Positions 16,128 through 25,668 of a stretch of DNA of 32,000 nucleotides are shown here, piece by piece. The stretch is from Promethearchaeota archaeon (GTDB lineage: Archaea; Asgardarchaeota; Lokiarchaeia; Sigyniarchaeales; SOKP01): the NCBI GenBank assembly GCA_030606485.1, contig JAUWGH010000007.1, forward strand, positions 150,001-182,000, written 5' to 3'. Both the position numbers and the translations under genes were made by a program. Below the pieces are notes generated by a model that saw only the letters and a list, made by a program, of their open reading frames with translations, made no database searches and was not told the origin of the DNA. Positions within the stretch are counted from its first letter, which is position 1. The number at the start of each line of letters is the position of its first letter.

Positions 16128-16907
16128 TTATCTAATACCATTTATCTTTTTAGGACGAATGGCACTTAATTTGGAGTGTTGCAATTTTTTTCCAATATGG
16201 GCGATGATACCAGGGGCATTTGTGTCTTCTTTAAGTATAATAATATTTTCTAAAAATCCCAATTTTTTTATTGTGATTATATCTTGCGAATGTCCTGTTA
16301 TTGCTATTGCTTTTTTAATTTGAGCTCTAGTAGAACCTGATACAAAAACTCTCTCTAATTTATCTAGAAAACAATCATTTATTATTTCTAAGGTATTTTT
16401 TGCAATTAATCCCTTAATCTCTTTCTTACTTTGAGAAATTTCTTCAACTTTTACATGGATTGGAAAGTTTTCAATGAAACCAAACGAGTCTATTATTTTT
16501 CTGAGTGGAATTTTTTTACCTCTGCATAATTGATTTCTAAGAGTGTGAAGATTAATTAAAACATCGATAGTTGGATATCTAATGCTACAATCAATAAAAA
16601 TACCAAAACCAACCTTTCCTACATCAACTAAATATCCTCTTAATACATCTCCTTTGTGAATTTCATTAAATCTAATTGTTGAACCAATCTTTTGTTTTAT
16701 TAAATTTTTGACGAATTCCTCATCAGGTCCTTCAATTTTTATTTCAAGACGGTTATCTTGTTTTCTAAAGCTTACTATTTCAATATGTACATCTAGTTCC
16801 CTAATTTCATTAGATAACATTTGTAAATATTTCTGAAAGAGGGGGTTAAAATCAAAATTTGGATTATAACTATAAATTTTCTCGGCCAAAATAAGTTTTT
16901 GAACCAT
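16128..16907 (-). CDS. Conserved archaeal protein, DUF2110-like (OB/S1-like central domain)
   Basis: EIKIEGPDEEFVKNLI...G...GYLVDVGKVGFGIFIDC...IDSFGFIENFPI pattern, recalled as the archaeal DUF2110 family; not verified by search. Confidence 0.65.
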   Translation of the reverse strand: MVQKLILAEKIYSYNPNFDFNPLFQKYLQMLSNEIRELDVHIEIVSFRKQDNRLEIKIEGPDEEFVKNLIKQKIGSTIRFNEIHKGDVLRGYLVDVGKVGFGIFIDCSIRYPTIDVLINLHTLRNQLCRGKKIPLRKIIDSFGFIENFPIHVKVEEISQSKKEIKGLIAKNTLEIINDCFLDKLERVFVSGSTRAQIKKAIAITGHSQDIITIKKLGFLENIIILKEDTNAPGIIAHIGKKLQHSKLSAIRPKKINGIR

Positions 16908-16979
16908 CTTTAAGTAAAATAAACCTACATTTTTAAAGAAATTTTTGTATAAAATTAATAATAATTTTGAGGAATTAAT

Positions 16980-17357
16980 TTGAACGAATTTAAGTTTATT
17001 GAACTCGTTGATAAATTAAAGGAAGAATACGATGAAATAAAAGAAATCTTTCTCTTAGATTCCTTAGGAAATATTATTTTTAAATCAGAAAATTTTAGTT
17101 TAAATGAAAACGAGGCAAAAGAGATATTATATGCTTGGAAAAACAAAAAATCCTTTTTAAATTTTATGGGAAATCGTTTTGCAATTGTAAAATGGGCTAA
17201 AATTCAGTTAGCTGCAAAAAATATGTATGGAGAAGGTAGTATATGTGGGTCAATCACTCCTGATAATGAGTATTTTATCGCTCACATTCAAGAAAGTAAA
17301 GAATTACTTCTAATCGAATGGTCAATAATAATCAATAAACTTGTTTGGCAAAATTGA
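16980..17357 (+). CDS. Profilin-like protein (divergent Asgard profilin/profilin fold), TTG start
   Basis: 125 aa. Pattern helix-IFLLDSLGNIIFKSENF-helix ending AW-GNRFAIV-LAAKNMYGEGSICG-YFIAHI-C-terminal helix resembles Asgard profilins. SD GAGG at 16969-16972. Confidence 0.6.
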   Translation: MNEFKFIELVDKLKEEYDEIKEIFLLDSLGNIIFKSENFSLNENEAKEILYAWKNKKSFLNFMGNRFAIVKWAKIQLAAKNMYGEGSICGSITPDNEYFIAHIQESKELLLIEWSIIINKLVWQN

Positions 17358-17361
17358 TTAT

Positions 17362-18387
17362 TTAAGGGGGCTTGCTTTTTTCTTTTAAAAGCATTTCTAA
17401 TTCTTCCTTTTCTCCCTTTAATTTTTTAATCTTTCTATCTTTTCTTTTCATTTTTATAGAAATTAAAGTGATTCCATGAATATTTAGAAGTTTCTTTGTA
17501 AAAATAAATGTGCCTGTTATAATACCAATTAAATAACCTAGATTCACGATCCAGTAATAATTTGATATAAGTTGATAAAATGGATTAAATATATCCCAAA
17601 AAGGAATTAGTATTGCGAACACTCCAATAAATATTATTGCTACTAGAAGCATAATTTTTTCATACCTTGCAGGTTCATTTCTAAATAAGATATAAATTCT
17701 CACCCAATACATAATGCAAATAAATAAAACTGGAGTAAAAATTAAAGATCCAATTGATAATATCAATAACATATTTAATGCAAATTTTCTGTGCCAAAGA
17801 TCTAATACTTCATTAATCTCCATCTGATCTTGAACTTGGGCTAATGCAAAGTCTTTTCTAAGTTGGAAATATTTCTTTTTTAAAGATCTTCCCGTTTTTT
17901 TGAATCTTTTTTTCCACCATGTTAATTTCCCCAACTCAGCTGCTTTATCAAATTCCTCAATAATGATTGGCTTTATGTATAAAGAAATAAGTAGAGATAA
18001 GATTCCATATAAGAAAAGAATGTTTTCAATCCAAGCCATAATTCCTGTTTGTGAAAGGCTTCCTCCTCCAATTGCGCTGGATATTACCAAATAAAATCCA
18101 TAACCTATCAATATAAAAGGAAATATAGATGTAAATATTGTAATATTTCGAGATGTTTTTTGTTTTCTTTTTAGTTTTTCACTTAATTTTTCAAGAATAA
18201 ATATTGTCCCTTTGCTAATACTCAAAATTAACCCAAAACCACTTAAAAACTTAATTGAGATAAAGAAAATTAATAAAGTTCCGTATAATGATAATTCTCC
18301 CCAAAACAATATCCAAATCATTAAAAATAAGGAAATTAAAAGCCCAACAATATAAATTACCAAAAATTTTTTCCGATTAGATTCCAT
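17362..18387 (-). CDS. Polytopic membrane protein of unknown function
   Basis: About 7-8 hydrophobic segments, a basic central loop (KLTWWKKRFKKTGRSLKKKY) and a charged C-terminal tail. Confidence 0.8.
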   Translation of the reverse strand: MESNRKKFLVIYIVGLLISLFLMIWILFWGELSLYGTLLIFFISIKFLSGFGLILSISKGTIFILEKLSEKLKRKQKTSRNITIFTSIFPFILIGYGFYLVISSAIGGGSLSQTGIMAWIENILFLYGILSLLISLYIKPIIIEEFDKAAELGKLTWWKKRFKKTGRSLKKKYFQLRKDFALAQVQDQMEINEVLDLWHRKFALNMLLILSIGSLIFTPVLFICIMYWVRIYILFRNEPARYEKIMLLVAIIFIGVFAILIPFWDIFNPFYQLISNYYWIVNLGYLIGIITGTFIFTKKLLNIHGITLISIKMKRKDRKIKKLKGEKEELEMLLKEKSKPP

Positions 18388-18627
18388 ATTTTTAGTAATA
18401 CAGTTTTGTTAATTAATTTTTTTTCTAAATATTAATAAAAAAGTAATTTCCAGAAAGAATTAATCCACATTTATCCCAACTTCAAAATCAAAAATGTTTT
18501 TATATTTTATTTTAACAAATTTTAAATTTTTTAATTTATATAATCCCTTAATAAAGAAAAAGTAATAAAAAAATCTGAGAAAAATTAATAATAATTTTAA
18601 AAATTAGAATTTGGAGGAAAATTATAT

Positions 18628-19341
18628 ATGTTTGCTCAGCCGGGAAAAGGGTATGATATGGCAATAACACAATTTTCTCCTGAAGGGAGATTATTCCAAG
18701 TAGAATATGCAATAGAGGCTGTACGCAGAGGTACTACTACAATTGTTTGTAAAAATGATGAGTCAGTAGTATTTGCTGTGGAGAAAAAGTTTTCTAAACT
18801 TCAAGAACCGTGGGGTTCTGAAAAAATTTTCAAGATTGATGATCATATTGGAATTGCGATTAGTGGTTTAACCGCTGACGCTCGTGTTTTAATTGATAAA
18901 GCACGAATTCAAAGTCAAGTAAATATTTTGAGTTATGATGAAAAAATTTCTGTAAAAGATGTAACATTACATATTTGTGAATTTAAACAAGCATATACCC
19001 AAAATGCCGGCGTAAGACCATTTGGAGTATCTTTTCTAATCGGTGGTGTTGATTCGAATGGTCCCTCAATTTATTTAACCGACCCTTCGGGGGCGTCTTG
19101 GGGTTATAAAGCTCAAGCAATTGGTAGTGGAGCTACAGAAACTCGAGCTTTTTTAGAAGATAATTATAAAGATAATTTGAGTGATGAAGAATTATTACTC
19201 CTTCCATTAAAAGCTCTACGTGATATGATGGGTGATGATTTAAACCCTAATACATGTGATATTGGAGTAATTATGAGGGATGATCGTTTATTTAGGATGA
19301 TAAATGAGAAAGAAAAGAAGGAATTATTAGATAAAGTCTAA
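18628..19341 (+). CDS. psmA: Proteasome subunit alpha
   Basis: GYDMAITQFSPEGRLFQVEYAIEAVRRGTT, EKIFKIDDHIG, SGLTADARVL, RPFGVSFLIGG, TDPSG, AIGSG; SD GGAGG at 18613-18617. Confidence 0.97.
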   Translation: MFAQPGKGYDMAITQFSPEGRLFQVEYAIEAVRRGTTTIVCKNDESVVFAVEKKFSKLQEPWGSEKIFKIDDHIGIAISGLTADARVLIDKARIQSQVNILSYDEKISVKDVTLHICEFKQAYTQNAGVRPFGVSFLIGGVDSNGPSIYLTDPSGASWGYKAQAIGSGATETRAFLEDNYKDNLSDEELLLLPLKALRDMMGDDLNPNTCDIGVIMRDDRLFRMINEKEKKELLDKV

Positions 19342-19428
19342 ATAAAATCATAGTAATTTTGTTCAAAGTTTTGATTAACAATATCTAGAAGTTTTAAAGG
19401 TATAATTTTATTAATTTAAAGAAAGAAA

Positions 19429-20220
19429 ATGATTAGAGACCGAGCTAGAATCGAATTAGGAAATCATGTCATTGGAAGAATTGAAAAAGGCAATAAAAAA
19501 TTTGAAATGCTTTTAGATCCTGAAAAAGCATGGGCTGCTAAAAAGAAAATCAGAGAAGAAATTGAAAAAAAATTAAAAAAAGGGGATAGTAAAACACGGT
19601 TGACTGTTGATGATCTATTGAAATTTCAAGGTATTAATCTAGATTTAATTTTTGAGAGTTTTGCTGTTTTTGAAGATTTAAAAAGAGGGAAGAAAGCCCT
19701 TGATTCAGATATGCAAGATTTACTTCAAACAACAGATTCCATGAGAATAGGAGCTGAAATTCTGTTAAATGGTCAAATTCAATGGACTCAGAAGCAAAGA
19801 GAAGAGGAATCTCAAAAGAAAATGAAACAAATAATAAATTTAATAGCAAAAAATGCAATTAATCCCCAAAATAAGAAACCTCATCCTCCCGAAAGAATTG
19901 AAAAGGCAATTGAACAAGCTAAAGTAAAACTTGATATCATGAAGAATGCTGAAGAGCAAGTTGAAGATATTGTAAAAGCAATTCGGTCAATCATCCCAAT
20001 TCGAATCGAACAAGTACAATTGGCAATAAAAATACCTTCATCCTTTGCCGCAAAAGGTTATAATATGGTCGCTAGATATGGCACTATAAAAAAAGAAGAA
20101 TGGCAATCTGATGGAGCTTGGGTAACCATTATTGATCTTCCTGCAGGGTTGCAAGCTGAATTTTTAGATAAATTGAATAAATTAACCCATGGACGAGTAC
20201 AAATAAAAACATTGAAATAA
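19429..20220 (+). CDS. sdo1: Ribosome maturation factor SBDS/Sdo1
   Basis: FEMLLDP, VFEDLKRGKKA, GQIQWTQKQR, INPQNKKPHPPERIEKA, EEWQSDG; conserved position after psmA. Confidence 0.93.
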   Translation: MIRDRARIELGNHVIGRIEKGNKKFEMLLDPEKAWAAKKKIREEIEKKLKKGDSKTRLTVDDLLKFQGINLDLIFESFAVFEDLKRGKKALDSDMQDLLQTTDSMRIGAEILLNGQIQWTQKQREEESQKKMKQIINLIAKNAINPQNKKPHPPERIEKAIEQAKVKLDIMKNAEEQVEDIVKAIRSIIPIRIEQVQLAIKIPSSFAAKGYNMVARYGTIKKEEWQSDGAWVTIIDLPAGLQAEFLDKLNKLTHGRVQIKTLK

Positions 20221-20314
20221 TCTGATCTAAAATCAGCAATGGATCTTTATGTAGAATTTATTATTACTTTTTCTTAGAAAATAATTAATTAAAAAAATAG
20301 AAGGTGATTTAACT

Positions 20315-21067
20315 GTGGAAGTTGAAGACATTGACGAAATTGACCTTAATCAAATGAAAGATAAAGAAATAGTTATTCCAGGAGAAGTTTTATCCGAAGA
20401 TTTAACTAATTTTACTCCAGGAAGAGGTACTACAAAACAAGGCAATAAAATTATCTCTTTATTTGTAGGGCTTAAAGTTATTAGAAAGAATTATATTAAT
20501 GTTATTCCATTACGTGGAATATATACTCCTACTGAGGGAGATAAGGTTATTGGCGTAATAATAGATAAAAATCCTGTAAAATGGAAATTAGACATCAACG
20601 CAAGAAATTTTGGAATTTTAAAACCAAGTAATACTGTTGCGAGAACTCAAAAATTCAGAAAAGGAAGACCTGAAAGAGTTTATGAAACTACTGAAAAATT
20701 CAGTGTTGGTGATGTTCTAATAGTAAAAATCACACAAGCGGATAGATTACATCATCCAGAGTTAACAACTCAAGGTAAATATTTAGGCAAGCGACATTCA
20801 GGAAAACTTATTGAAATCCCTCCTCCCAAAATACCAAGAATTATAGGACGAAAAGGATCAATGATTAATCTATTAAAAGAAATGACTAATTGTAATATTT
20901 TTGTAACTCAAAATGGAAGGATCTGGATACAGGGGGATAATTTTGAGAAGGAAATGTTATTAATTGATACAATCCATAAAATTGAGACTGAAGCACATAC
21001 TTCTGGTTTAACTGATAGAATTAAGGACTTTATTATAAATGAAAAAACAATAAGAGGTATAAATTAA
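20315..21067 (+). CDS. rrp4: Exosome cap subunit Rrp4 (GTG start)
   Basis: VIPGE, VIPLRGIYTPTEGDKVIG (S1 domain), KIPRIIGRKGSMI (KH GxxG), QNGRIWI, EAHTSGLTDRI; SD AAGGTGAT at 20301-20308. Confidence 0.95.
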   Translation: MEVEDIDEIDLNQMKDKEIVIPGEVLSEDLTNFTPGRGTTKQGNKIISLFVGLKVIRKNYINVIPLRGIYTPTEGDKVIGVIIDKNPVKWKLDINARNFGILKPSNTVARTQKFRKGRPERVYETTEKFSVGDVLIVKITQADRLHHPELTTQGKYLGKRHSGKLIEIPPPKIPRIIGRKGSMINLLKEMTNCNIFVTQNGRIWIQGDNFEKEMLLIDTIHKIETEAHTSGLTDRIKDFIINEKTIRGIN

Positions 21068-21906
21068 TGAGTTTATTAATTAAGGATGAATCTCCAGAAA
21101 AGTTGATTGGAGAAGATGGAAAAAGGTTAGATGGGAGAGATTTAAATGAATTAAGATCTATTAAGATGGAAGTCGGAGTAATTCCAAATGCAGATGGAAG
21201 TGCTTATATTGAATGGGGTGGTAATAAGATTTATGCTGCTGTGTATGGACCAAGAGAAGTTCACCCTAGACATGATGCTCGACCAGATAGGGGTATCTTA
21301 AGGACTTTTTATAGGATGACAACTTTTAGTGTTTCTGAAAGAAAAAGACCGGCTCCAGGAAGAAGGGAAAAAGAAATCTCAATGGTAATAAAAAATGCAA
21401 TCGAACCAGTATTGTTTTTAGAATTATACCCAGACTCAGTAGTAGAAGTATTTATTGAAGTAATATCAGCGGATGGAGGAACAAGATGTGCCTGTACTGC
21501 AGTAGCTATACTCGCATTAGCTGATGCTGGAATTCCAATGAAGGGTTTAATAACCGCAGTGGCTGCTGGTAAAGTAGATGGAAAAATTATTATAGACTGC
21601 AGTGGAGATGAGGATAAATCGGGAGAAGCTGATTTACCATGTGCAATTTCATGGTATAATAATCAAATTGCCTTATTACAATTTGATGGAATCATGGATC
21701 TCAAAGAATTTGATAAATCAATTGATCAAATATTAGAAGCCTTAGAAAAGATACGTAAATTGCAAGAAGAAGCTTTAAAAAAGAGATATATTGATGTTCG
21801 AGACCATTTAAAAAATTATAACCCTAAAGTAGTTACAACAAATAATATTGAAGAAAAAATTGATTCAAATAACCAAAAAAATCAAAATGGAGGAGATCAA
21901 ACATAA
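21067..21906 (+). CDS. rrp41: Exosome catalytic subunit Rrp41
   Basis: RLDGR, ADGSAYIEWGGNKIYAAVYGPRE, YRMTTFSVSERK, RREKEIS, ADGGTR, DEDKSGEADLP (catalytic Asp residues retained). Confidence 0.96.
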   Translation: MSLLIKDESPEKLIGEDGKRLDGRDLNELRSIKMEVGVIPNADGSAYIEWGGNKIYAAVYGPREVHPRHDARPDRGILRTFYRMTTFSVSERKRPAPGRREKEISMVIKNAIEPVLFLELYPDSVVEVFIEVISADGGTRCACTAVAILALADAGIPMKGLITAVAAGKVDGKIIIDCSGDEDKSGEADLPCAISWYNNQIALLQFDGIMDLKEFDKSIDQILEALEKIRKLQEEALKKRYIDVRDHLKNYNPKVVTTNNIEEKIDSNNQKNQNGGDQT

Positions 21907-22745
21907 TGAGTTTATCAAAAATACTTGTGTCGACTGAGAGAAAATATATACTGAAAAATTTAAAACAGGATAAAAGAATTGACGGAAGAGACTTGTTCCA
22001 ATATCGTGATATAAATATTGATGCTAATATAGTAAAAGCTGCTGAAGGTTCTGCAAAAGTTCAATTAGGTAAAACATGTGTCATTACTGGTGTTAAATAT
22101 GAATTAGGACCTCCATTTCCGGACATGCCTGATAAAGGGGTTTTTACTGTAATGGCTGAATTAGTTCCTATGAGTTGGGGCGCATTTGAAGGAGGTCCAC
22201 CAGGTAAACAAGCAATAGAATTGGCAAGATTAATAGATAGACCAATTAGAAGCGCAAAAACTATACAAAATGAGATGTTATGTCTAATTCCTAATAAATT
22301 AGTCTACATTATTTTTATTGATGTATATTTAATTAATTATTCAGGAAATTTAATCGATAGTGGAGCTATCAGTGCATTAACCGCTCTAGTTTCATCAAAA
22401 ATTCCAACAGCTAAAATATTGGATGAGGAGAAAGTTAAAGTCGAATGGGATGGAGGTTATTTTAATACAAAGAAATTACTAAAAAACCTTCCAATATCTA
22501 TAACATTTGGAAAAATAGATGATGTAGTATTCGTAGATCCTAACTTAACAGAGGAATTAGTAATGGATGGAAGAATAACTTATGCATTTGATGATGACGG
22601 AAATTTAGTTTCATTACAAAAAGGTGGATTAGCGACGTTTTCTATTGATGAGGTAAAATCTCTTGCCCGAAAAGCTAAAGAACTTGGAGATAAAATGAGA
22701 AAGGATTTGAATCTATGGCAATATCAGAATTTAAAAAATAAATAA
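21906..22745 (+). CDS. rrp42: Exosome subunit Rrp42
   Basis: RIDGR, AEGSAKVQLGKT, PFPDMPDKG, ELARLIDR, NYSGNLID, VDPNLTEE, LQKGG. Confidence 0.95.
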   Translation: MSLSKILVSTERKYILKNLKQDKRIDGRDLFQYRDINIDANIVKAAEGSAKVQLGKTCVITGVKYELGPPFPDMPDKGVFTVMAELVPMSWGAFEGGPPGKQAIELARLIDRPIRSAKTIQNEMLCLIPNKLVYIIFIDVYLINYSGNLIDSGAISALTALVSSKIPTAKILDEEKVKVEWDGGYFNTKKLLKNLPISITFGKIDDVVFVDPNLTEELVMDGRITYAFDDDGNLVSLQKGGLATFSIDEVKSLARKAKELGDKMRKDLNLWQYQNLKNK

Positions 22746-22746
22746 G

Positions 22747-22770
22747 TTTTTTTTTAATTGTTCTTTTTTT
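22747..22770 (+). terminator. Oligo-T tract(s), putative archaeal intrinsic terminator after rrp42
   Basis: T9 at 22747-22755 and T7 at 22764-22770, immediately after the stop codon. Confidence 0.5.
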
Positions 22771-22799
22771 ATTTTAATTACTTAACTACGTACAAAATT

Positions 22800-23081
22800 A
22801 TGTCAAAAACGAAAAAAGTTGGTATTACAGGAAGATATGGAGCCAGATATGGTACAACCATTCGAAAACGAGTCAAAAAAATAGAAGACCTATTACACTC
22901 TAATCCTAAATGTCCTAAATGCTTTACTCCAGCAATCAAGAGAAAATCTACAGGAATATGGTACTGTAAAAAATGCGGCTGTGAATTCACAGGAGGTTCT
23001 TACCAAATGGAGACACAAAGGGCGATTGAATCAAAGCGAATTACAAAAAGAAAACAACGAGAATTAGAAATTGAAGAATAA
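22800..23081 (+). CDS. rpl37ae: Ribosomal protein eL43 (L37Ae); start at ATG 22800, not TTG 22758
   Basis: MSKTKKVGITGRYGARYG, C4 zinc finger CPKC...GIWYCKKCG, FTGGSY. Confidence 0.96.
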   Translation: MSKTKKVGITGRYGARYGTTIRKRVKKIEDLLHSNPKCPKCFTPAIKRKSTGIWYCKKCGCEFTGGSYQMETQRAIESKRITKRKQRELEIEE

Positions 23082-23083
23082 TA

Positions 23084-23332
23084 ATGGAAAAAATTATTTC
23101 TAGAATTGAAATAGAATTTAAAGATGAAGAAATACGTGATATTTCTTATAACTCTTTTATTCCTGAACTCTCTCAATTATCACGAAAAAGAACATCACTA
23201 AATATTGAAAAAGGTAAAAATTCCATAATTTTTAATGTAACAGCAACTGATATTACTGCTTTTCGAGCAGCCGTTTCAGATATTATAAATTTTGGAAAAA
23301 TATTAGAAAAATCTAAAAAGTTATTAAAATAG
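23084..23332 (+). CDS. pcc1: KEOPS complex subunit Pcc1-like
   Basis: 82 aa; SRIEIEF...PE...RTSL...IFNVTATDITAFRAAVS; canonical position between rpl37ae and pfdB. Confidence 0.82.
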   Translation: MEKIISRIEIEFKDEEIRDISYNSFIPELSQLSRKRTSLNIEKGKNSIIFNVTATDITAFRAAVSDIINFGKILEKSKKLLK

Positions 23333-23364
23333 TTAAGTTATATTAAAAGAAAGAGGAAATTTTT

Positions 23365-23736
23365 ATGAGCATACCCTATGAGAATTTATCTGATGATCTA
23401 AAAAATAAATTGCAAAATTATAATAATCTGGTTCGAACTCTCGAATTTCTTACTCAACAAAGATTTGAATTAGAACGTGGATTGAGGGATGCTGAACTTG
23501 CAATCGGAGAATTAGATAAAACAGAATCTGATAAAGAAGTTTATAAGTCTATTGGGGGCATAATGGTAAAAAGTGAGAGAGACAGACTTTTGGATGAAAA
23601 AAAAAGTCAAAAAGCTTCAATTGAGTTGAAATTAAAAACCATAACCCAACGAGAAGAACGAACAAAAACCCAATTAGAAACATTAAGAATAGCACTAGAA
23701 AAAGATTTTAAGGACCAAGGAATAAGCCAATCTTAA
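23365..23736 (+). CDS. pfdB: Prefoldin subunit beta
   Basis: Coiled coil-VYKSIGGIMVK-coiled coil; conserved operon position. Confidence 0.93.
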   Translation: MSIPYENLSDDLKNKLQNYNNLVRTLEFLTQQRFELERGLRDAELAIGELDKTESDKEVYKSIGGIMVKSERDRLLDEKKSQKASIELKLKTITQREERTKTQLETLRIALEKDFKDQGISQS

Positions 23737-23746
23737 ATTAACAATT

Positions 23747-24778
23747 ATGAATTCTAACTTAAAAAAAAAAATAACGAATATAATTTCATTTATCGAAGGA
23801 AAAAATATAATCATATCCACCCATAGTTTGGCAGATGTAGACGGCATAGCCTCTGCATTTGGTTTAAAACTTTTTTTAAGTAAAATATTGAAACATTCAC
23901 TTATAGATTTAAGATTTCCAAAATGCACCAAGTATAATAAACAAATAATTAAAATAATTGAATCTATATGTGAATGTAAAATTTTAAATACATCTTCTAA
24001 TATTGATTTCAAACCAGATATTTTACTCATTACTGATACAAATAATTATAATCAAATTAGATTTAAAGAATTAAATCTTAAATATCGGGACATTAAATCA
24101 AATTTAATATACATTGATCATCACAGAAAAGGAAATAATTTAAAAAATAAACCTCTTGACAAATACAATATCATCATGGATAATTACACTTCTGCCAGTG
24201 AGATAATTCTTGACATTCTCAGACTTTTTAATATCAAATTGAATAAATGCATTTTACATTTATTTGCAGCGGCTATTCTTACAGATACAGGTAATTTTAA
24301 ATATGCAACTAATGAAACCTTTAGTCGATTTAACTTTCTTCTTCAAAAAGGATTAGATTATAAAATAATCCTAGGTATCCTTAAGATGGAAGTTGATGTT
24401 TCTGAAAAAATCGCAATAATTAAGGGGAGTCAAAGAAGTAAATTAATTCGGTATGGAGACTGGTTAGTATGCAAAACTCAAGTTAGTAATTATGAATCAA
24501 GTGTGGCTACATCGCTAATAAATTTAGGATATGATATCGTATTAGTAATTTCTCCTTCAAAAAAAAGCGATGCGTTTAGAATAACTTCAAGGGCAAATCA
24601 AAAAGTAATAAATGAAACTGGGATTCATCTTGGAGAACTCTTTAACGAAATTTCCGAAATTAGCCAAGGCAACGGAGGAGGACATAATGGAGCTGCATCC
24701 CACGTTGGAAAAATAAAACTTGAATCTACTATAGAAAAAATTTTTAGTTATTTTGAGAAAAAATTAATAGAAAAATAA
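23747..24778 (+). CDS. DHH/DHHA1 phosphoesterase (NrnA-like)
   Basis: THSLADVDG, ITD, IDHH, ILTDTGNF, GGGHNGAA. Confidence 0.9.
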   Translation: MNSNLKKKITNIISFIEGKNIIISTHSLADVDGIASAFGLKLFLSKILKHSLIDLRFPKCTKYNKQIIKIIESICECKILNTSSNIDFKPDILLITDTNNYNQIRFKELNLKYRDIKSNLIYIDHHRKGNNLKNKPLDKYNIIMDNYTSASEIILDILRLFNIKLNKCILHLFAAAILTDTGNFKYATNETFSRFNFLLQKGLDYKIILGILKMEVDVSEKIAIIKGSQRSKLIRYGDWLVCKTQVSNYESSVATSLINLGYDIVLVISPSKKSDAFRITSRANQKVINETGIHLGELFNEISEISQGNGGGHNGAASHVGKIKLESTIEKIFSYFEKKLIEK

Positions 24779-24820
24779 TCTTAGAAATATTTATCATAAC
24801 TCACAATAAAAGTTTTTACC

Positions 24821-25663
24821 TTGAATTTAATTAAATTTGAAGATTTCAGTTTTAAATACGACCAAGCACAAGATTTCGTATTGAAAGATATTAAATTAAA
24901 CATAGAGTCAGGTAAATTCATTTTATTGTGTGGAATTACAGGCTCGGGAAAAACAAGTTTAGTCCGAGCAATGAATGGTTTGATTCCACAATTTTATCAC
25001 GGTGAAATAAAAGGGGATGTATTTGTAAAAGGAAAAAATACTAAAAATGTTCCCACATCAACATTATCAAGAGATGTAGGTTTAGTATTTCAAAATCCTG
25101 AGAATCAATTAATAGCTATGAATGTAGAACGAGAAATTGCGTTTGGGCCTGAAAATATTGGTATTCCTTGGGATGAAATGGATTCGAGAATTAAAGAATG
25201 TATTAAAATTACAGATATTGAACATCTTAGAAAAAAAGCACCATTTGAAATAAGTGGTGGAGAACAACAGAGGGTTGCGATTGCTTCAATACTCGCATTA
25301 CAGCCAGAGATTATAATTTTTGATGAACCAACTTCACTTCTAGACCCAAAAAGTGCAATTCAAATTCTTAATTTATTGAAAAAGATCCTTCTTGAAAAAA
25401 AAATATCTACAATAATAGTTATTGAACATAGACTGGATATTGTACTTCCTTTAGCCGATGAAGTTATATTGATTGACAAAGGACGAATTATTGAGCATGG
25501 TGAAGCCCATTATGTGATAAATGGAGAAAAATTTTTAAATTCAGGAGTTAATATTCCAAAATGTGTTTCAGTTTTTCAAAAATTAATGAATCAGAATATA
25601 TTTACCGGTAAATTGCCAATTTCAATCGAAGAAACTAAAAATTTGATAAATTCTATAAAATAG
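24821..25663 (+). CDS. ecfA1: ECF transporter ATPase A1 (TTG start)
   Basis: GITGSGKTS, FQNPENQL, ISGGEQQR, FDEPTSLLD, IEHRL. Confidence 0.9.
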   Translation: MNLIKFEDFSFKYDQAQDFVLKDIKLNIESGKFILLCGITGSGKTSLVRAMNGLIPQFYHGEIKGDVFVKGKNTKNVPTSTLSRDVGLVFQNPENQLIAMNVEREIAFGPENIGIPWDEMDSRIKECIKITDIEHLRKKAPFEISGGEQQRVAIASILALQPEIIIFDEPTSLLDPKSAIQILNLLKKILLEKKISTIIVIEHRLDIVLPLADEVILIDKGRIIEHGEAHYVINGEKFLNSGVNIPKCVSVFQKLMNQNIFTGKLPISIEETKNLINSIK

Positions 25664-25668
25664 ACTGG

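Noticed and set aside
15329-19858. Track ORFs 15329-15520(-), 16955-17146(-), 17900-18094(+) and 19634-19858(-)
   Set aside because: Antisense shadows of the JAB, profilin-like, membrane protein and SBDS genes.
22758-22799. TTG-started N-terminal extension of rpl37ae (MFFFYFNYLTTYKI)
   Set aside because: It translates the T-rich terminator/promoter region; eL43 begins at MSKTKKVG (22800).
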